Of a stretch of DNA of 64,000 nt, positions 1 through 12,882 are shown in pieces. The notes under the pieces are model-generated. The model was not told the origin of the DNA, ran no database searches, and saw only the letters and a list, made by a program, of their open reading frames with translations. How positions within the stretch are numbered: the first letter of the stretch is position 1; the number at the start of each line of letters is the position of its first letter. The stretch is from Octopus vulgaris (lineage: Eukaryota). The position numbers and the translations under genes were made by a program. The DNA lies in contig OX597818.1 of NCBI GenBank assembly GCA_951406725.2, positions 122,264,001 to 122,328,000 of the forward strand, in the 5' to 3' direction.

Positions 1-108
1 GGTTTCGGGCTCAGTGGCAACTTAGGCAAGTGTCTTCTACTATAGCCTCGGTCAGATCAAAGCCTTGCGTGTGGATGTGGTAGACGGAAACTGAAAGAAG
101 CGCGTCGA
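1..108 (+). mobile_element. SINE family A, 5' part (cut by window edge)
   Basis: ggcaagtgtcttctactatagcctcgg...tggtagacggaaactgaaagaag matches the full copy at 10609-11030. Confidence 0.8.
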
Positions 109-147
109 ATATATAAATACATGTGTACGTCTGTATGTATGTATTTC

Positions 148-547
148 AACTCTTATCTTTAGCAAAAGCGATGCTAGTCAGTACCCTCTGTTATTTTAGT
201 GACTTCTACTAATTTTGCTTTTAGCTTCTAATTGCTAATAAATCACCCTTTTTAATTTGTTGTTTACACTTTTACCGGTTTTTCTTATAAGCCTAACAAA
301 AGTAGTTGAGTTTAACCCTAGACGTTAAGAGCCGTTGATGGTCCACATCAAAATCCGAAATCGCGCTCCGGCTATGTACGCTGGGACTTACCTCCCTTTG
401 TCAGTCAGTAAGACAGTGATTTTGAGTCAGTTTAACTCTTATCTTTAGCAAAAGCTAAGCTAGTCAGTACCCGCTGTCACTTTTATGACCTTTATTAATT
501 TAGTCTTTATGTTCAAATTGCTAATAAGTCACCCTTTTTAATTTGTT
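148..547 (+). mobile_element. Short element with ~114-bp diverged direct terminal repeats (Penelope pseudo-LTR-like)
   Basis: aactcttatctttagcaaaagc...tttaatttgtt at 148-261 and 434-547; degenerate hammerhead-like motif between them (330-373); flanked by TA/TATG repeats. Confidence 0.5.
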
Positions 548-659
548 ATATATATTTGTATGTATGTATGTATTTTGATATCTGTAAGGCATTGAAGTGT
601 TCCCTGACTGATGAACTGTTGTAATTGAGCCGAATGCAGGGCTCCAGACAACTATTATA

Positions 660-870
660 GTGAAATTTGAGCACAAGGCCAGGAATTGCGGGGATTGGGT
701 AAGTTGATTACATCAACCCTTATTGCTCTACGTTGTTCTTATTTCATCGACTCCGAAATGATGAAAGGCAAAATCGAACTCGGCGGAATTTGAACTCAGA
801 AGGTGAAGACGGACGAAATGCCGCTATGCATTTTGCCTGTAGTGCTAACGATTCTGCCAGCTCGCCACCT
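660..870 (-). mobile_element. SINE family C
   Basis: gatgaaaggcaaaatcgaactcggcggaatttgaactcag...gattctgccagctcgcc is shared with many copies in the window. Confidence 0.8.
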
Positions 871-918
871 ATAGGGACTATAATATTAGATTGTGTCTAT
901 CCTTATTTTTGATATCTA

Positions 919-996
<78 letters not shown>

Positions 997-1089
997 AATA
1001 TATATATGTATGTGTGTGTGTCTCTATGTGTGTGTGTGTGTGTGAGCGTGTGTGTGTGTGTGTGTCCCTCCCACCGCCTGACAACCGGT

Positions 1090-1640
1090 GTTGAGCCACC
1101 AAGAAGTTGTTTAGAATCCGTTGCATGTCCTCAAGATTGCGCAATTGTCTGTGAAAAGCAAATCTTGAACTGTTATCACCAAAGCCCCAGTGTTTTATTT
1201 GAAGCGCTGTTGGTTGAACAAGCCCCCACCGGTTCTGTACTCAAACTTTACTCCTTCTTTAATGTCTTCGAACGCTGTGTCTAACATAACGGAGAAATAC
1301 AATGCAAATAAGAGCGTAATGAATTTGCTGGACATAATTTTCCCGTACAACCGAACATCAGAACCCATATTTCACTATCACATTCTCTTTGTCATAACAC
1401 AAACACTCAAGGAGGGAGATGCTACTTGGTGGTTCGAACTGCTAGATATAACTTGCCAAATATCTGTTAAATTAGTACTCTCATAGTTTTGCTGGAAATA
1501 ATTTTACCCCCGATTACACGGTAATAACCTCACCAACGTTAACAATTAAGTAAGTTGACCCCACCCACTGACTCCAAATTCATAGAGGAAAGCGTATGAG
1601 TTACCTTAAATATGTCGCTAAATTCTCCTTGGCAGCGTCT
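1090..1640 (-). pseudogene. Degraded RTE-clade LINE reverse transcriptase fragment
   Basis: Minus-strand translation LFALYFSVMLDTAFEDIKEGVKFEYRTGGGLFNQQRFK*...VQDLLFTDNCAI resembles the RTE RT motif (YRTDGKLFN...DLLFADDCAL); contains stops and frameshifts. Confidence 0.8.
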
Positions 1641-1649
1641 TTTATATTT

Positions 1650-2025
1650 TATCGTTTACTTATTTCAGTTTTAAGATTGCGGCCATACTGGGACACTGCC
1701 TTCAAGAATTTTACTCGAACGAATCGACCCCAATACATAAGATTCTTCTTTTTTTTTTTAAGCCTCGTACTTATTCTGTCGGATTCTTTTGCCGAAGCGC
1801 TAAGTTAGGAGGACGTAAACATACCAACTGTGTTTGTCAAGTGGTGTACAAACACACACAATATATATATATATATATATGTATATACATGACGGATTTA
1901 CAGGTTTCTTTCAGTTTCCACCTACCAAATCCACTAATCCGCTCACAAGCTTTTGGTAGGCTCGAGCTTATAGTAAAAGACAATTGACCAAAGTGCTGCA
2001 CACTGGGACTGAATTAGGAACCATT
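1650..2025 (-). mobile_element. SINE family A
   Basis: Reverse-complement similarity to 10609-11030, including the internal CA/TA microsatellite. Confidence 0.75.
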
Positions 2026-2617
2026 TGCAAATTATCTAGCTCATAGGTATTTCTGACAACAAGAGGGAATGGTGCTAATAGTGTCTTGGGCAGGAATGCA
2101 AGGTAAGCGTCTTCGGTAAATTTGATCTCACACAGCGTAAGTTAGGATATGAAATCTGTATTCATTCGACCAAGTCAGTGCTACTAACTAACAATGTTAA
2201 CTGCATTTAGTAATACTTTTAACGATAACACTTGCATCAACTGCAACAGTAATAACCACAAGCACAGACTTACCAATAGCATTACGACTACTATTATTAG
2301 CGCTACCACTACAACCAATACCGCCACCAACGCTTTTACAACCAGCACCGCCATTAAAATTACTGTCACCCTTGCCCTCACCACAACTCTCATTATCCTC
2401 AACACCACACCAAACAACATACACGCAAACATACACAAACACACACACAGTCGAACACACACGCAGAGTAAGACACACACACACATACACATAGAAACAT
2501 ATCACATGCAAAATCGTACATACATATACACACATACGCACGCTCATACACACACACAAGCACACACACATAGTAACATATCACATGCAAAATCGTACAT
2601 ATACACACATACGCACG

Positions 2618-2653
<36 letters not shown>

Positions 2654-3587
2654 CAATCTTCTAAATATCAAAGGGAATTTGGCAAAAACCCAAACAAATA
2701 TTGTCATTATTCCACTCTCAATTCTTCAAATTATCGATTACTTTTGTATTTCAATGTAAAACCGACAAAACCAATACAGAAGCAGCAGCAGCAGCAACAG
2801 CAACAACAACAACAACAACAACAACAACAGCAACGACAGCAACTACTGAAAAACCGCTGAATAGAATGGAAAAAGCTTGGAGAGAAATACAGAACCAAAG
2901 ACTAGCATATGTGTACTAACACACATACTCACAGAGAAACACATTAACACATTAACACCATACATTGTACGCATCTTATGATTTTTATTATTTTATTTTA
3001 GTGTATTTTTATGTATTTATTATTTTTGTACTTTTTTTGTGCGCAGGCATCGTTGTCTGGTTGGAGAGTAAGTTGATTTAAGAAGCATGAAAATCACGTT
3101 TCGATACTACTGTTATAGGCATGTGTCTTCTATTGTAGCCTCGGGTTGGTAGACAGAAGGTGAGCAGGTAAGAACTTCATTTCACAACCGTGAGATTCTT
3201 GGTTCGAGTCTTGAGCAAGTGACTTTACCATAATCTCGGGTTGAACTTGTAAGTGAAATTAGGTAATCGGAAACTGTAAAATCTCTTCCGATGAATTTGG
3301 ATACTATTCGAAGGTCCAGCCTTGTCACATAATGTAACACAGAAAACGTTTTGGAATTACGCTAATGGTGCATTTGTCTTAGGGATACTCGACCACTTAC
3401 TCGTTACTTTAAAGAATCAGTTGATCGAATAGATTTAAAATTATCACCGAAACCGACCGAGAATCATTCTATTATATGTACATATATATGTATCGATTAA
3501 TGCATGTATATATCTACGTATGCATAAATATATACATATATATGTGTGTGTATGCGCACGCGTATGTATATACATACATACCGTATA

Positions 3588-3630
<43 letters not shown>

Positions 3631-3999
3631 ATGTGTATCTACATATGTATACATGTGTAACACATGTATCTACACATGTATGATGTGCGTAATTATGTAG
3701 GCATGTATATATGCAAGTGCGCTGAAGGGTGATACTCATGTGACCCTTAATACCTGCTGAAGATACTGAACATTTTCCAATAATAGATTGATTTAGTCAC
3801 CATCCATACAAGGAGTTTGCAGCATCTTTAAGTAGCTTCTTCAGTTTCCGCTAGGGGCAAAGTATCTCGGATGCATAATTCACATATGCATACATACATA
3901 CATACATACATATTTAAATGAATAGAATTTACATATATATATGTATGCATTTGTATACATGTATGCATATGTATATACATATATATATACATATATATA

Positions 4000-4039
<40 letters not shown>

Positions 4040-4086
4040 ATTCAATATATATAAGGAGGGAAGTGTATGTATGCATATGTATATAC

Positions 4087-4119
<33 letters not shown>

Positions 4120-4122
4120 TAT

Positions 4123-4160
4123 AGGGAGAGTTTACAAAAAAACAAAAGACGAAGACGTGT
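4123..4160 (-). mobile_element. Terminal fragment of family D element inside (TA)n
   Basis: gggagagtttacaaaaaaacaaaagacgaagac is the reverse complement of the 3' end of 21955-22146 and 28563-28778. Confidence 0.6.
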
Positions 4161-4211
4161 GTATATATATATATATATATATATACAACATTCCAATATA
4201 TATAAGGAGGG

Positions 4212-4424
4212 AAGTTGGGAGAGTCGTTAGCTCGGTGAACAAATTCTTAGCGGAATTTTGTCCGTCATCACGACCTTGAGTTCAGATTACGCCGAGCTCG
4301 ACACTGCCTTCCATCCTATCAGGGTTCATAAATTGAATACCAGTTAAACATTGTGGTCGATGTAATCGACTTAACCGCCTCCCTCGAAATTGCTGGCCTT
4401 GTGTCAACATTTGAAACCAATATT
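4212..4424 (+). mobile_element. SINE family C, diverged
   Basis: gagtcgttagc...gagttcagattacgccgagctcgac...gctggccttgtgtcaacatttgaaacc. Confidence 0.7.
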
Positions 4425-4479
4425 CCTACGCTTCTACATATATTCATAGACAAATGTGTGTGCGCGCACGCAGACACAC

Positions 4480-5620
4480 ACAGGTGTTCGGTTAGAATTA
4501 TAGAAGCATCACTTTTATTTAACTAATCTTTCTGCTGGACGTATGACTATTTCAGAACTGTTTCTGCTCTGTATATATGTACTCATTTGCATTATGTATG
4601 CGATGTAATACATGGTATAGCTCTCCGTTTCTTTTCTTCTTTTTCAGATATATTTAAATAAGTTAAAATTGTTGGGGCATGTATAGCCGGAGGCACAAAT
4701 AATGGTGGATTGTCTAATATTTCAAGAAGTACAATCTCTAAAATCGTGTTGGCTTTCAAAAGCCTAGTAAAACTAATTCTGGTAAGTACGATTCTGGAGA
4801 GAAGGCAAAGCTCACTGTGCGGTATCACAGAATAATTAAACGTATTCTGTGAAACACCATCAAAATACAGCAGCAAATGTGATAGTCGAGTGAAACCACC
4901 TCCTTGCCAATCCCGTGACGACTAAATCCGTTTGTCATGAGCTCCATAAAACTGGATACCATGGGAGAGCAAAACCTCCCCTGTTCACCTTCGACAGTGA
5001 TAACGAGAAAAAACAAAATGATGTCTAGATAATCAGAAGTAATCAGTAGCTCAATGATAACTTATTTGATGAATCATCATTCATTCTTTATCCCGCTTGA
5101 GGGCGAATTGATGTCTGGATTCAATCCAAAGAAGTCATCAGTCCTCACTGTTTGGCCCCCTATCTTGAAGCATAAAAGAGACTTTGTGATGATTCGGGCA
5201 GTCACATCAAGGAATTCTCTTGTCCCTTTAAATGTGCTTGAAGACTGACTTCGCATCAAGCATTGTCTTCATGTTTTGACTGATCTTTCAGGACGCTGAG
5301 GCACCGATTCACACGGTTAGTGTCGTTAAAAAATGGATACGAAGATCACAAAAGTGAAGTAAATCACTTGATTTACACCCACACAGCAATGACCAGATCC
5401 TAATTTAAAAGAAAATTTAAGGCGCAATATCATCACTGAAAGAGATGAAACAGGCATTACTTGAGAAATAGTTCACAATTCCCCTGACAATCATTCAGAA
5501 CCTGTGCAAGTTGATTCCTTGATGCTATAGCTGTCTTTGACGCCAAAAATGGACCTACCCTGCAGTGACTAATAACACTTCTTTTTAACAAGATGTTTCC
5601 ATTATTTTGTTCAAAGGTGT
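4480..5620 (+). mobile_element. Decayed full-length Tc1-family DNA transposon
   Basis: Transposase remnants in correct order across frames: IVGACIAG, ISRSTISKIV, NPVTTKSVCHELHKTGYHGRA, DESSF, LKHKRDFVMIRAV, FQDAEAPIHT, IIQNL, AKNGPT; degenerate TIRs near 4480-4510 and 5592-5620. Confidence 0.85.
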
Positions 5621-5685
5621 ATATTCATTCACTCATACATATACAAACACACAGACACACAGACACACACATACATAGAAGACAT

Positions 5686-5734
<49 letters not shown>

Positions 5735-5737
<3 letters not shown>

Positions 5738-6082
5738 TCAGGGTGAATACTTGATAACTGTAAGCACCTGTATATGCCAGCTAGTGGTGTAGGTGATAGG
5801 ATATATTTATCAAAAGAAAAACAGGATGCAAAGGAATTTGCGGTACATATGTTTCTGACTTTATTGAACAATATATATCAATGCATAATTGATATAAAAT
5901 GTAGGTCAACAGCCTTCTTCAGCCGCGTACAATTACCACACCAAAGACATATATTACATTATAGCAGGTTTGAGAAAAAGTTTGGGAAAAAAAAAACGAG
6001 TTTCCTTGGGAAGGTAAATCCTCATAGTCGTATACGGCATAGCGAGACACCAAAACAAAACGTCCATACCGTTTTTCACTCG
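5735..6082 (-). mobile_element. Family F non-autonomous element in (TA)n, hammerhead-bearing (Penelope-like)
   Basis: (TA)n on both sides; 5735-5835 recurs at 29386-29487; contains the hammerhead at 5840-5926. Confidence 0.65.
5840..5926 (-). ncRNA. Type I hammerhead ribozyme motif
   Basis: Minus strand GCGG-CUGAAGA-[long stem II]-GAAA-CAUAUG-UA-CCGC: intact core boxes, 4-bp stem I, palindromic stem III (ACAUAUGU), GUA cleavage triplet. Confidence 0.65.
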
Positions 6083-6785
6083 ATATATATATATATATAA
6101 ATATATATATACATACATGTGTGTGTGTGTATGTATTTACAAAGAAACTGTACCGGTTTCGGTTGTTAGTCCTGTTCGATACTGGCCAACACAGGACTAA
6201 AACAGCAGCAACAACAACTGAACTACCAGAGACAGAGATAGAAGAAGGTGTGTGAGCAGTAGTACTAAAACAGACACGAAGAAGACTAAACTGAATTTGT
6301 ACACAGTGTCAACGTGTAACCAAGCCAATCTGTTTTTGCTTCGTTTTGCTGTATTATAAACTCATTATATTATTAACAGAGAATGTTTAATATTATCTAA
6401 ATATACACACACCCACTCGCGAGTGTGTCCGCGCACATATAATTTTTAAAATATTTTATTTAGCTTCAGCTCACAAGCTGTGGCCATGCTGGGGCACCGC
6501 CATTTATATGCTTATAAATTTTACGTAAGTACATGAATTCATGTATCCTAGAGGTTAAGGTGTTCAGCTCACAAGCAAAAGGACTAATTGGCGTGTTGAG
6601 TCTTTGATCCTTTGATTGAGGCACTTCACTTCACGTTTCCCCAGACCACTGAAACTGGGTGTAAGTTATAATACACCCCACCCAATACGCGCGTAATTGT
6701 ATTCACTTCCTTTATTATTTTAGCAGGCTGGCAGGTGAGGAATTTCGGTGGTTCGACGATAAACCTTGTTAGGGGCTTTGATTGT

Positions 6786-6830
6786 CACACGCTGATGACG
6801 GGTTATTACCGAGAAACCCGTCTCCGTGTG
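6786..6830 (+). ncRNA. Hammerhead-like motif (imperfect)
   Basis: cacacg-CTGATGA-cgggttattaccga-GAAA-cccgtctc-cgtgtg; 6-bp stem I; stem III junction is irregular. Confidence 0.45.
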
Positions 6831-7054
6831 TATCACATAAGGCTAAAGATGGGAACGATGATTTCCCTTCGCAAATACTAATCGGACACAGACAGTGTGT
6901 CGTTAGCCAGGTGGGGGAGATGTCTTCCTGGGGCTATAAACAACAGTAGCATCGTCCCATATGGGTCAGCTACAGTTAGGTGGCAAATATACTTCACGAT
7001 GGCGTGCTGCTACTGTTTACATCTCGCTCAGAGATATATTGTGTGTGTGTGTGT

Positions 7055-7105
<51 letters not shown>

Positions 7106-7215
7106 CGCGTGTGTGTATGTGTGTATGTATATATGTATATATGTGTGTCTATATATACGTATGTATGTATGTATGTATGTATGTATGTATGTATGTATGT
7201 ATGTATGTATGTATG

Positions 7216-7265
<50 letters not shown>

Positions 7266-9134
7266 AATACGTACAGCAACACTTTAAAGTAAAAATGAAA
7301 GTGTTCACTCTCAATATTTAGTTACCAACGATGCAAGTGCTACAATTTTCTCGATTCTTTAATTATTAATTATTTCATATTACAATTATACATTCGCTCT
7401 ACAACGACACAATAGTCACTACTTACTATTAAACCGAAATCCTATAAGCCTTGAATAGAAATGAATTTTAAATTTGAATTAGAACTGAAACTGAAATTTC
7501 AGTGTTTCGGTTTTCAACCCTTTTCACTGCTGAAATGCGATATGATAGCTGAAAATTTCATTGCCTTTAGCTGGCAAAAGCAGTTCCACATAATAGTCTA
7601 TTTTTTGTTGAGGAATACAATGTTTGAAATAATTTTTCCGTTATTTAATTTTTCTATTGTTGAAATATATCATGTTTACTGAGGCAGCGTGTCTTGAGGA
7701 AAATACCTATCCAATTTTTCGGAAGATATTTAACATCATTACTGGGATGACTATGAAATTTAATTTCACAGTTGAAGGGTTAATAATAAACTTATAACTA
7801 AACACTTCTTCATTGACAATATGTTCTTTCACTTGAAGTGTAACCCATATGTATATTTGTGTGTCTAATATGCCATGTTCCTCTTTGTCTCTGCCTGTCT
7901 GTCCGTCTGTATGTCCGTCCATCTACCAGTCAGTCTTCCAGTCTGTCTGTTTTTTATTGACCTTCTCAACCTGCTTTTTTTTTCATTACTTCTTCTGTCT
8001 TTCATCTATTTAAAACAGTGTCGTCAATAATAGTCATTCTGAGGTCTGTGTTTTTATTTTATCTGGAATTCTAAGAAACAGACTTACAAAAAAAAATAAA
8101 ATAAAATAAATAAATAAATAAATAAAACAAGGATTGTTATCACAAAAGAATACAAGTGAAAGAAAGAAAGAAAGAACGAACAAAATAGGGAAAATAGACA
8201 ATATATAGGAAAGTGAGAATCACAGGTTACCAAAAGAGTGCACATTGCCGCAGAAGATATTTATAACCATTTCTAGAAAGGAAAGAACTGGAAATGAAAT
8301 AGAAATTGATGTGAATCGTTGAAGAGAATGGTTTGTTTGTTTGTTGGTTGGTTAGTTGGTTGGTGGCTCAAAATGAATTCATTGCATTTTATTTTTATAA
8401 CTTCAAAGGTTCTCGAGAATACTCACGAAATAGACCTAATAATATATAGGTTTCTTATAGTTCTAGAAAGTTCATTGAGAACTATCCAGTGCGATCTATT
8501 TAACGAGAACAATACACGGCGCACAATTCCATACTGTTAACTTATCTCACCTCTCACGCACAGGCCGATACTTCCAAGTTCACTCAAGCAAATTTTTACG
8601 GCTTACACAATTAATCGTCAAAAGGAAAAAAAAACCCAAACGAACAAAAAAGACGCTGGCTTTACGGCCGGTTGTTTTATCAAAATCCCATGTGTTATAA
8701 GAAGATATCATATCCGTCTTTCTGCAGCTGATGTCTTCGAGTAGTTCAACAGAATTTTTACGCGAAAAGTCAATAGGAAAACGTGTTGTTCTTTTTTCCT
8801 CTGTTACCATAAATGCTAAAAATATTTCTGTATACAGAAATTGCTTAAGGTATTTCGTAGAACAATTTTTTTATTCCTGAATGTTATACTGTTTCCTAAT
8901 ATTGGTTCTATAAAGACGTAATTTTGTGCTGCAAATTCCGGATCCATCATTATACTTATTCAGAAATATACGGAAAATTGTGTGTAGGGATGTGTGTGTG
9001 TGCGCGCGTGCACGTGGATGTATGCTCATGTGTGTATCGATACATACCTACATCTATCTGTCTATCAATCAATTTATCTATCTATCTGTTTGTGTGTCTG
9101 TCTGTGTGTATGTGTGCATGTACGTATGTATGCA

Positions 9135-9194
<60 letters not shown>

Positions 9195-9976
9195 GTTAAG
9201 TTCGACATTTTTATGGTACAAAGACACAGAGAAAACTATAACAATCGCGAATGTCATAAAAGAAACCGTTGCATCGCTAATTATACGATATCTAGCTATT
9301 TGTTATTTTTATGAATTCTTCTATTTAGCTAATGAGAGTAAATGAAAAAATCATTCCTCACTGAAGATACGATATCCAGCACAGTGTGAATGAGTAAAAC
9401 TCTTTAGTGAACAAAAGTGGTAAATGGTCTCATAGGTTGTAAATAACGACGAAGAAAATACAAATGACCGCTGAGGGAGAAGCAGCAACGCGTTAAGTGT
9501 AATGAATACTAAGAGCTTATGACTAATGAGTGGTGCGTTGAAAATCTTCATTAAATCTGGAGAAAATCAACGAGAAAAGTCTGCACTGTTTAGTGTATGA
9601 CTGTGGTATATAATCGTCATCCTTTAACCGTTGTGAGCGCGATGCATTCATAGGTCACGTATTTAGAGGCGATGGCTTGGTTTATGAAGCCATGAATATT
9701 CACAAAGTACGTAGACGACGAATACTGCTTTGACAAACGTTCTATTTTACAGTTTCCTATGTTCACTCACCATCATGTTGAAAATCTGCCGAATGAGTGC
9801 CACTTTCTTCTTTTTATCCTCCCCCAAAAATAGTACATTCAAATTATCGGGTTTATTCAATCGATTTTACTCTCCACGATAAATAGGGTAAATTTGTCGC
9901 CTTGTGCTTGTATTGCTAAATAACATTATCTATAACACTCATAATCAGTCGCTATCATTATTATGACCATGGTCTT

Positions 9977-10007
<31 letters not shown>

Positions 10008-10608
10008 GTCATTATCATCGTCATCACCATTTTCATCACTATTGTTATTAAAATTTTAATTGTTGATTTAAGTACTTTTGTGTTATTGGAAAACTAGTCA
10101 ATAAATCCTTTTGATGACCAAAAATATTATCAGTTTATACACAATAACGCCATTTTGTTTGTCCTATGAGTCGCAGATCCTGTTTAGTTGTATTGTATTG
10201 GTATCGAGAGTGCTAAGTAAAAGGTGACGGATAAACTATAAGTCTATTTTTCACATTTATAACAGTTTTGGTATAGAGATTAATGGAACTCTTGGGATAC
10301 AATGCCATTAACGCCGGTCCTTCATATGGCTTTCTGCATTAAGTTCCTATTAACAATATATAACTGTCAATAAATGTATGCGTTTATTTTCCCACGATTG
10401 ATATTGATGTTGATTTCGTCTTTAGTCGTTGTATTACTATAATTTGTTCGTTAATAAAATAAATACAGTGTAGGCAAAAAAGAATATACTCTACTCTTGA
10501 TTTTTCTTCTGAGAGAGATAATAAGAGAAGCATAATAACCAGATTGATAAGAATGATGGTATGAAACAGAACCATTTTAGAGGAAAGTTATATATACATA
10601 TACATATA

Positions 10609-11030
10609 GGCGCACTAGTGGCTGTGTGGTAAGTAGCCTGCTAACCAACCACATGGTTCCGGGTTCAGTCCCATTGCGTGGCATCTTGGGCAAGTGTCTT
10701 CTGCTATAGCCCCGGGCCGACCAATGCCTTGTGAGTGGATTTGGTAGACGGAAACTGAAAGAAGCCTGTCGTATATATGCATGTATATATATATATATAT
10801 GTGTGTGTGTGTTTGTATGTCTGTGTTTGTCCTCCTAGCATTTGCTTGACAACCGATGCTGGTGTGTTTACGTCCCCGTCACTTAGCGGTTCGGCAAAAG
10901 AGACCGATAGAATAAGTACTGGGCTTACAAAAAATAAGTCCCGGGCTCGATTTGCTCGACTAAAGGCGATGCTCCAGCATGGCCACAGTCACATGACTGA
11001 AACAAGTAAAAGAAAGAATAAGAATAGAAT
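10609..11030 (+). mobile_element. SINE family A, full length (tRNA-derived head)
   Basis: Pol III A-box-like gtggctgtgtggtaag and B-box-like gggttcagtccc; internal TA/TG microsatellite; A-rich tail; several further copies in the window. Confidence 0.9.
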
Positions 11031-11379
11031 ATCCATCTACCCACACACACACACACACACACACGCACACACACGTATTTTTCGACTTCATTTTACCCGT
11101 GAAGGTAAAACGAAACAGTTTAAACATTAACTCATTTAGTCTCGCGCATTAACCTGTCGGGTTATTCACCTTCATTCAAAATAGCAATAACTGCTTCTAA
11201 CATACGCGCACAACCTGAAATTTGCGTTGTTCTGTGTTTCATCGACACCTTGGAGATGGAAAAAAGCTGATCTCCATGGAATTTTGAAGTCAGAATGTAA
11301 AAACCGGAACTAAATATCATAAGGCTTTTCTTTCGATGCTGTAACAATTCTGTCAACCCATCATCGTATTTATGATAAT

Positions 11380-11700
11380 AATATTTCTAACATAGGCAGA
11401 AGGCCAGACTTTTCAGGATAAGAGTTAAGCGATTAAATCATATCTGTTCTTGACTCGTACTTAGATTTATTGATCTCGGAAGGGTGAGAAAAGAAATTGA
11501 CCTCAACAGCATATTATTTCTAAATGAGGTACAAGGCTGACAATTTAGAGGTCGTTTGGTCGATTACATCGATCTCTGTGTTTACTGGTACATTATTTTA
11601 TGGGTTCCGAAAGGATGAAAGCCAGAGTTGACCTTGATAGGATTCGAGCTTTGAACCTAAAGAGCCGGAACAGGTATCCACAAAGAGTTTAGATTGGAGT
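11380..11700 (-). mobile_element. Two adjacent old SINE family C copies
   Basis: Repeated ttctaa...aggc..gac...cgatta...tggtac...gttgacct motifs. Confidence 0.55.
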
Positions 11701-12559
11701 TCGTTAACGGTGAGTTTAATAGCTGTTTGTGATAAGATCACATACCTGTGTCATCTTGCTTCTTTTATTATTATTTTTTTGGTCCTGTGCTAATATAATA
11801 GCATGCGGGCGAAATATGTAGTCAACTATTTGTCAATTGATTCGAGATATGCTTGAATACACATTTCACCGATATGAGTTGGTCGAAAACTAAAATGATC
11901 CTGGCATGATTCGAACACACAATCTAGAGCATGGGATATAAATACTTTAAAACATTTAGTCCACAGGGCTACTATTTCTGCTATGACATTGATCCGTAGT
12001 AGCAATTTATAATGTAACATTTATAGTAGACATTTCAATTGTCTGTCTTTACCGTTTTTAAATAACTAGGTAATGCTATCCACTTAATAATTCTAAAATA
12101 GATGAAAATCATATTTATCTACTATTATGGCTTTAAAAGTTTCTGTTCTTAAATCTAAAACTGAGATATTTGAAAAAGGAATTAAGGTGTGAACAGCTTC
12201 CAAAACCATTAAAGCATGCACAAAGATGGCCCGTCATGACGATAATGATTGGCTCGAAATAATGGCGACATGGAGTAATCTGTTGACAGTCGAGAAGCTA
12301 ATGGTGATTGTTAATCTCTTGTTGCAGGCGCTTATTGCTTCCGAGAAGTATTGCTTCTCGAGGACATTCCTTGCACGAATGTAAGGCCTGCAATACATAT
12401 CTATGAATGCAAATAATAAATCCTATTTTAATGTAAATTTTTATAAGAGGTAGATTGAAAGAATGTGTATACGTGATATACGTACACTACTTGAATTATA
12501 TACGTGTGATTTTTAAAATACTATGCTCTAGTTTTAAGTATAGGAGTATACAATGGACT

Positions 12560-12880
12560 GGATCGCCGTCGGTTACGACGAGGAGTGTTCCACTTGATTC
12601 GATCAACAGAAGAGCCTCCTCGTGAAATTAACGTGCAAATTGCCGAGCACTCCACAAACACGTGTACCCTTAACGTAGTTCTCGGGGATATTCAGCGTGA
12701 CACAGACAGAGTGACAAGGCCGGCCATTTTCAATTACAGGTACAACTAATATTTGCTAGGCGGGAAGATTGGAGCAACAGGAAATAAAGTGTCTTGCTGA
12801 AGGATACAATCTGCCGCCGGAATTGAACTCATGACCTTACGATCGCGATTCGAATACTCTTGCCATTAAGCCACGAGCAT
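12560..12880 (-). mobile_element. SINE family B (CORE-like) with tail T1
   Basis: Reverse complement resembles 32094-32418. Confidence 0.8.
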
Positions 12881-12882
12881 TT

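Noticed and set aside
602-641. CTGATGA within ccctg...caggg as a hammerhead
   Set aside because: No GAAA box or stem III
2194-2664. Thr-rich mucin-like ORF
   Set aside because: Decayed ACC/ACT and CA repeats with no supporting features
10609-10690. tRNA gene-like sequence (also at 32094 and 58130-58203)
   Set aside because: These are SINE heads that continue into the SINE body without a complete cloverleaf
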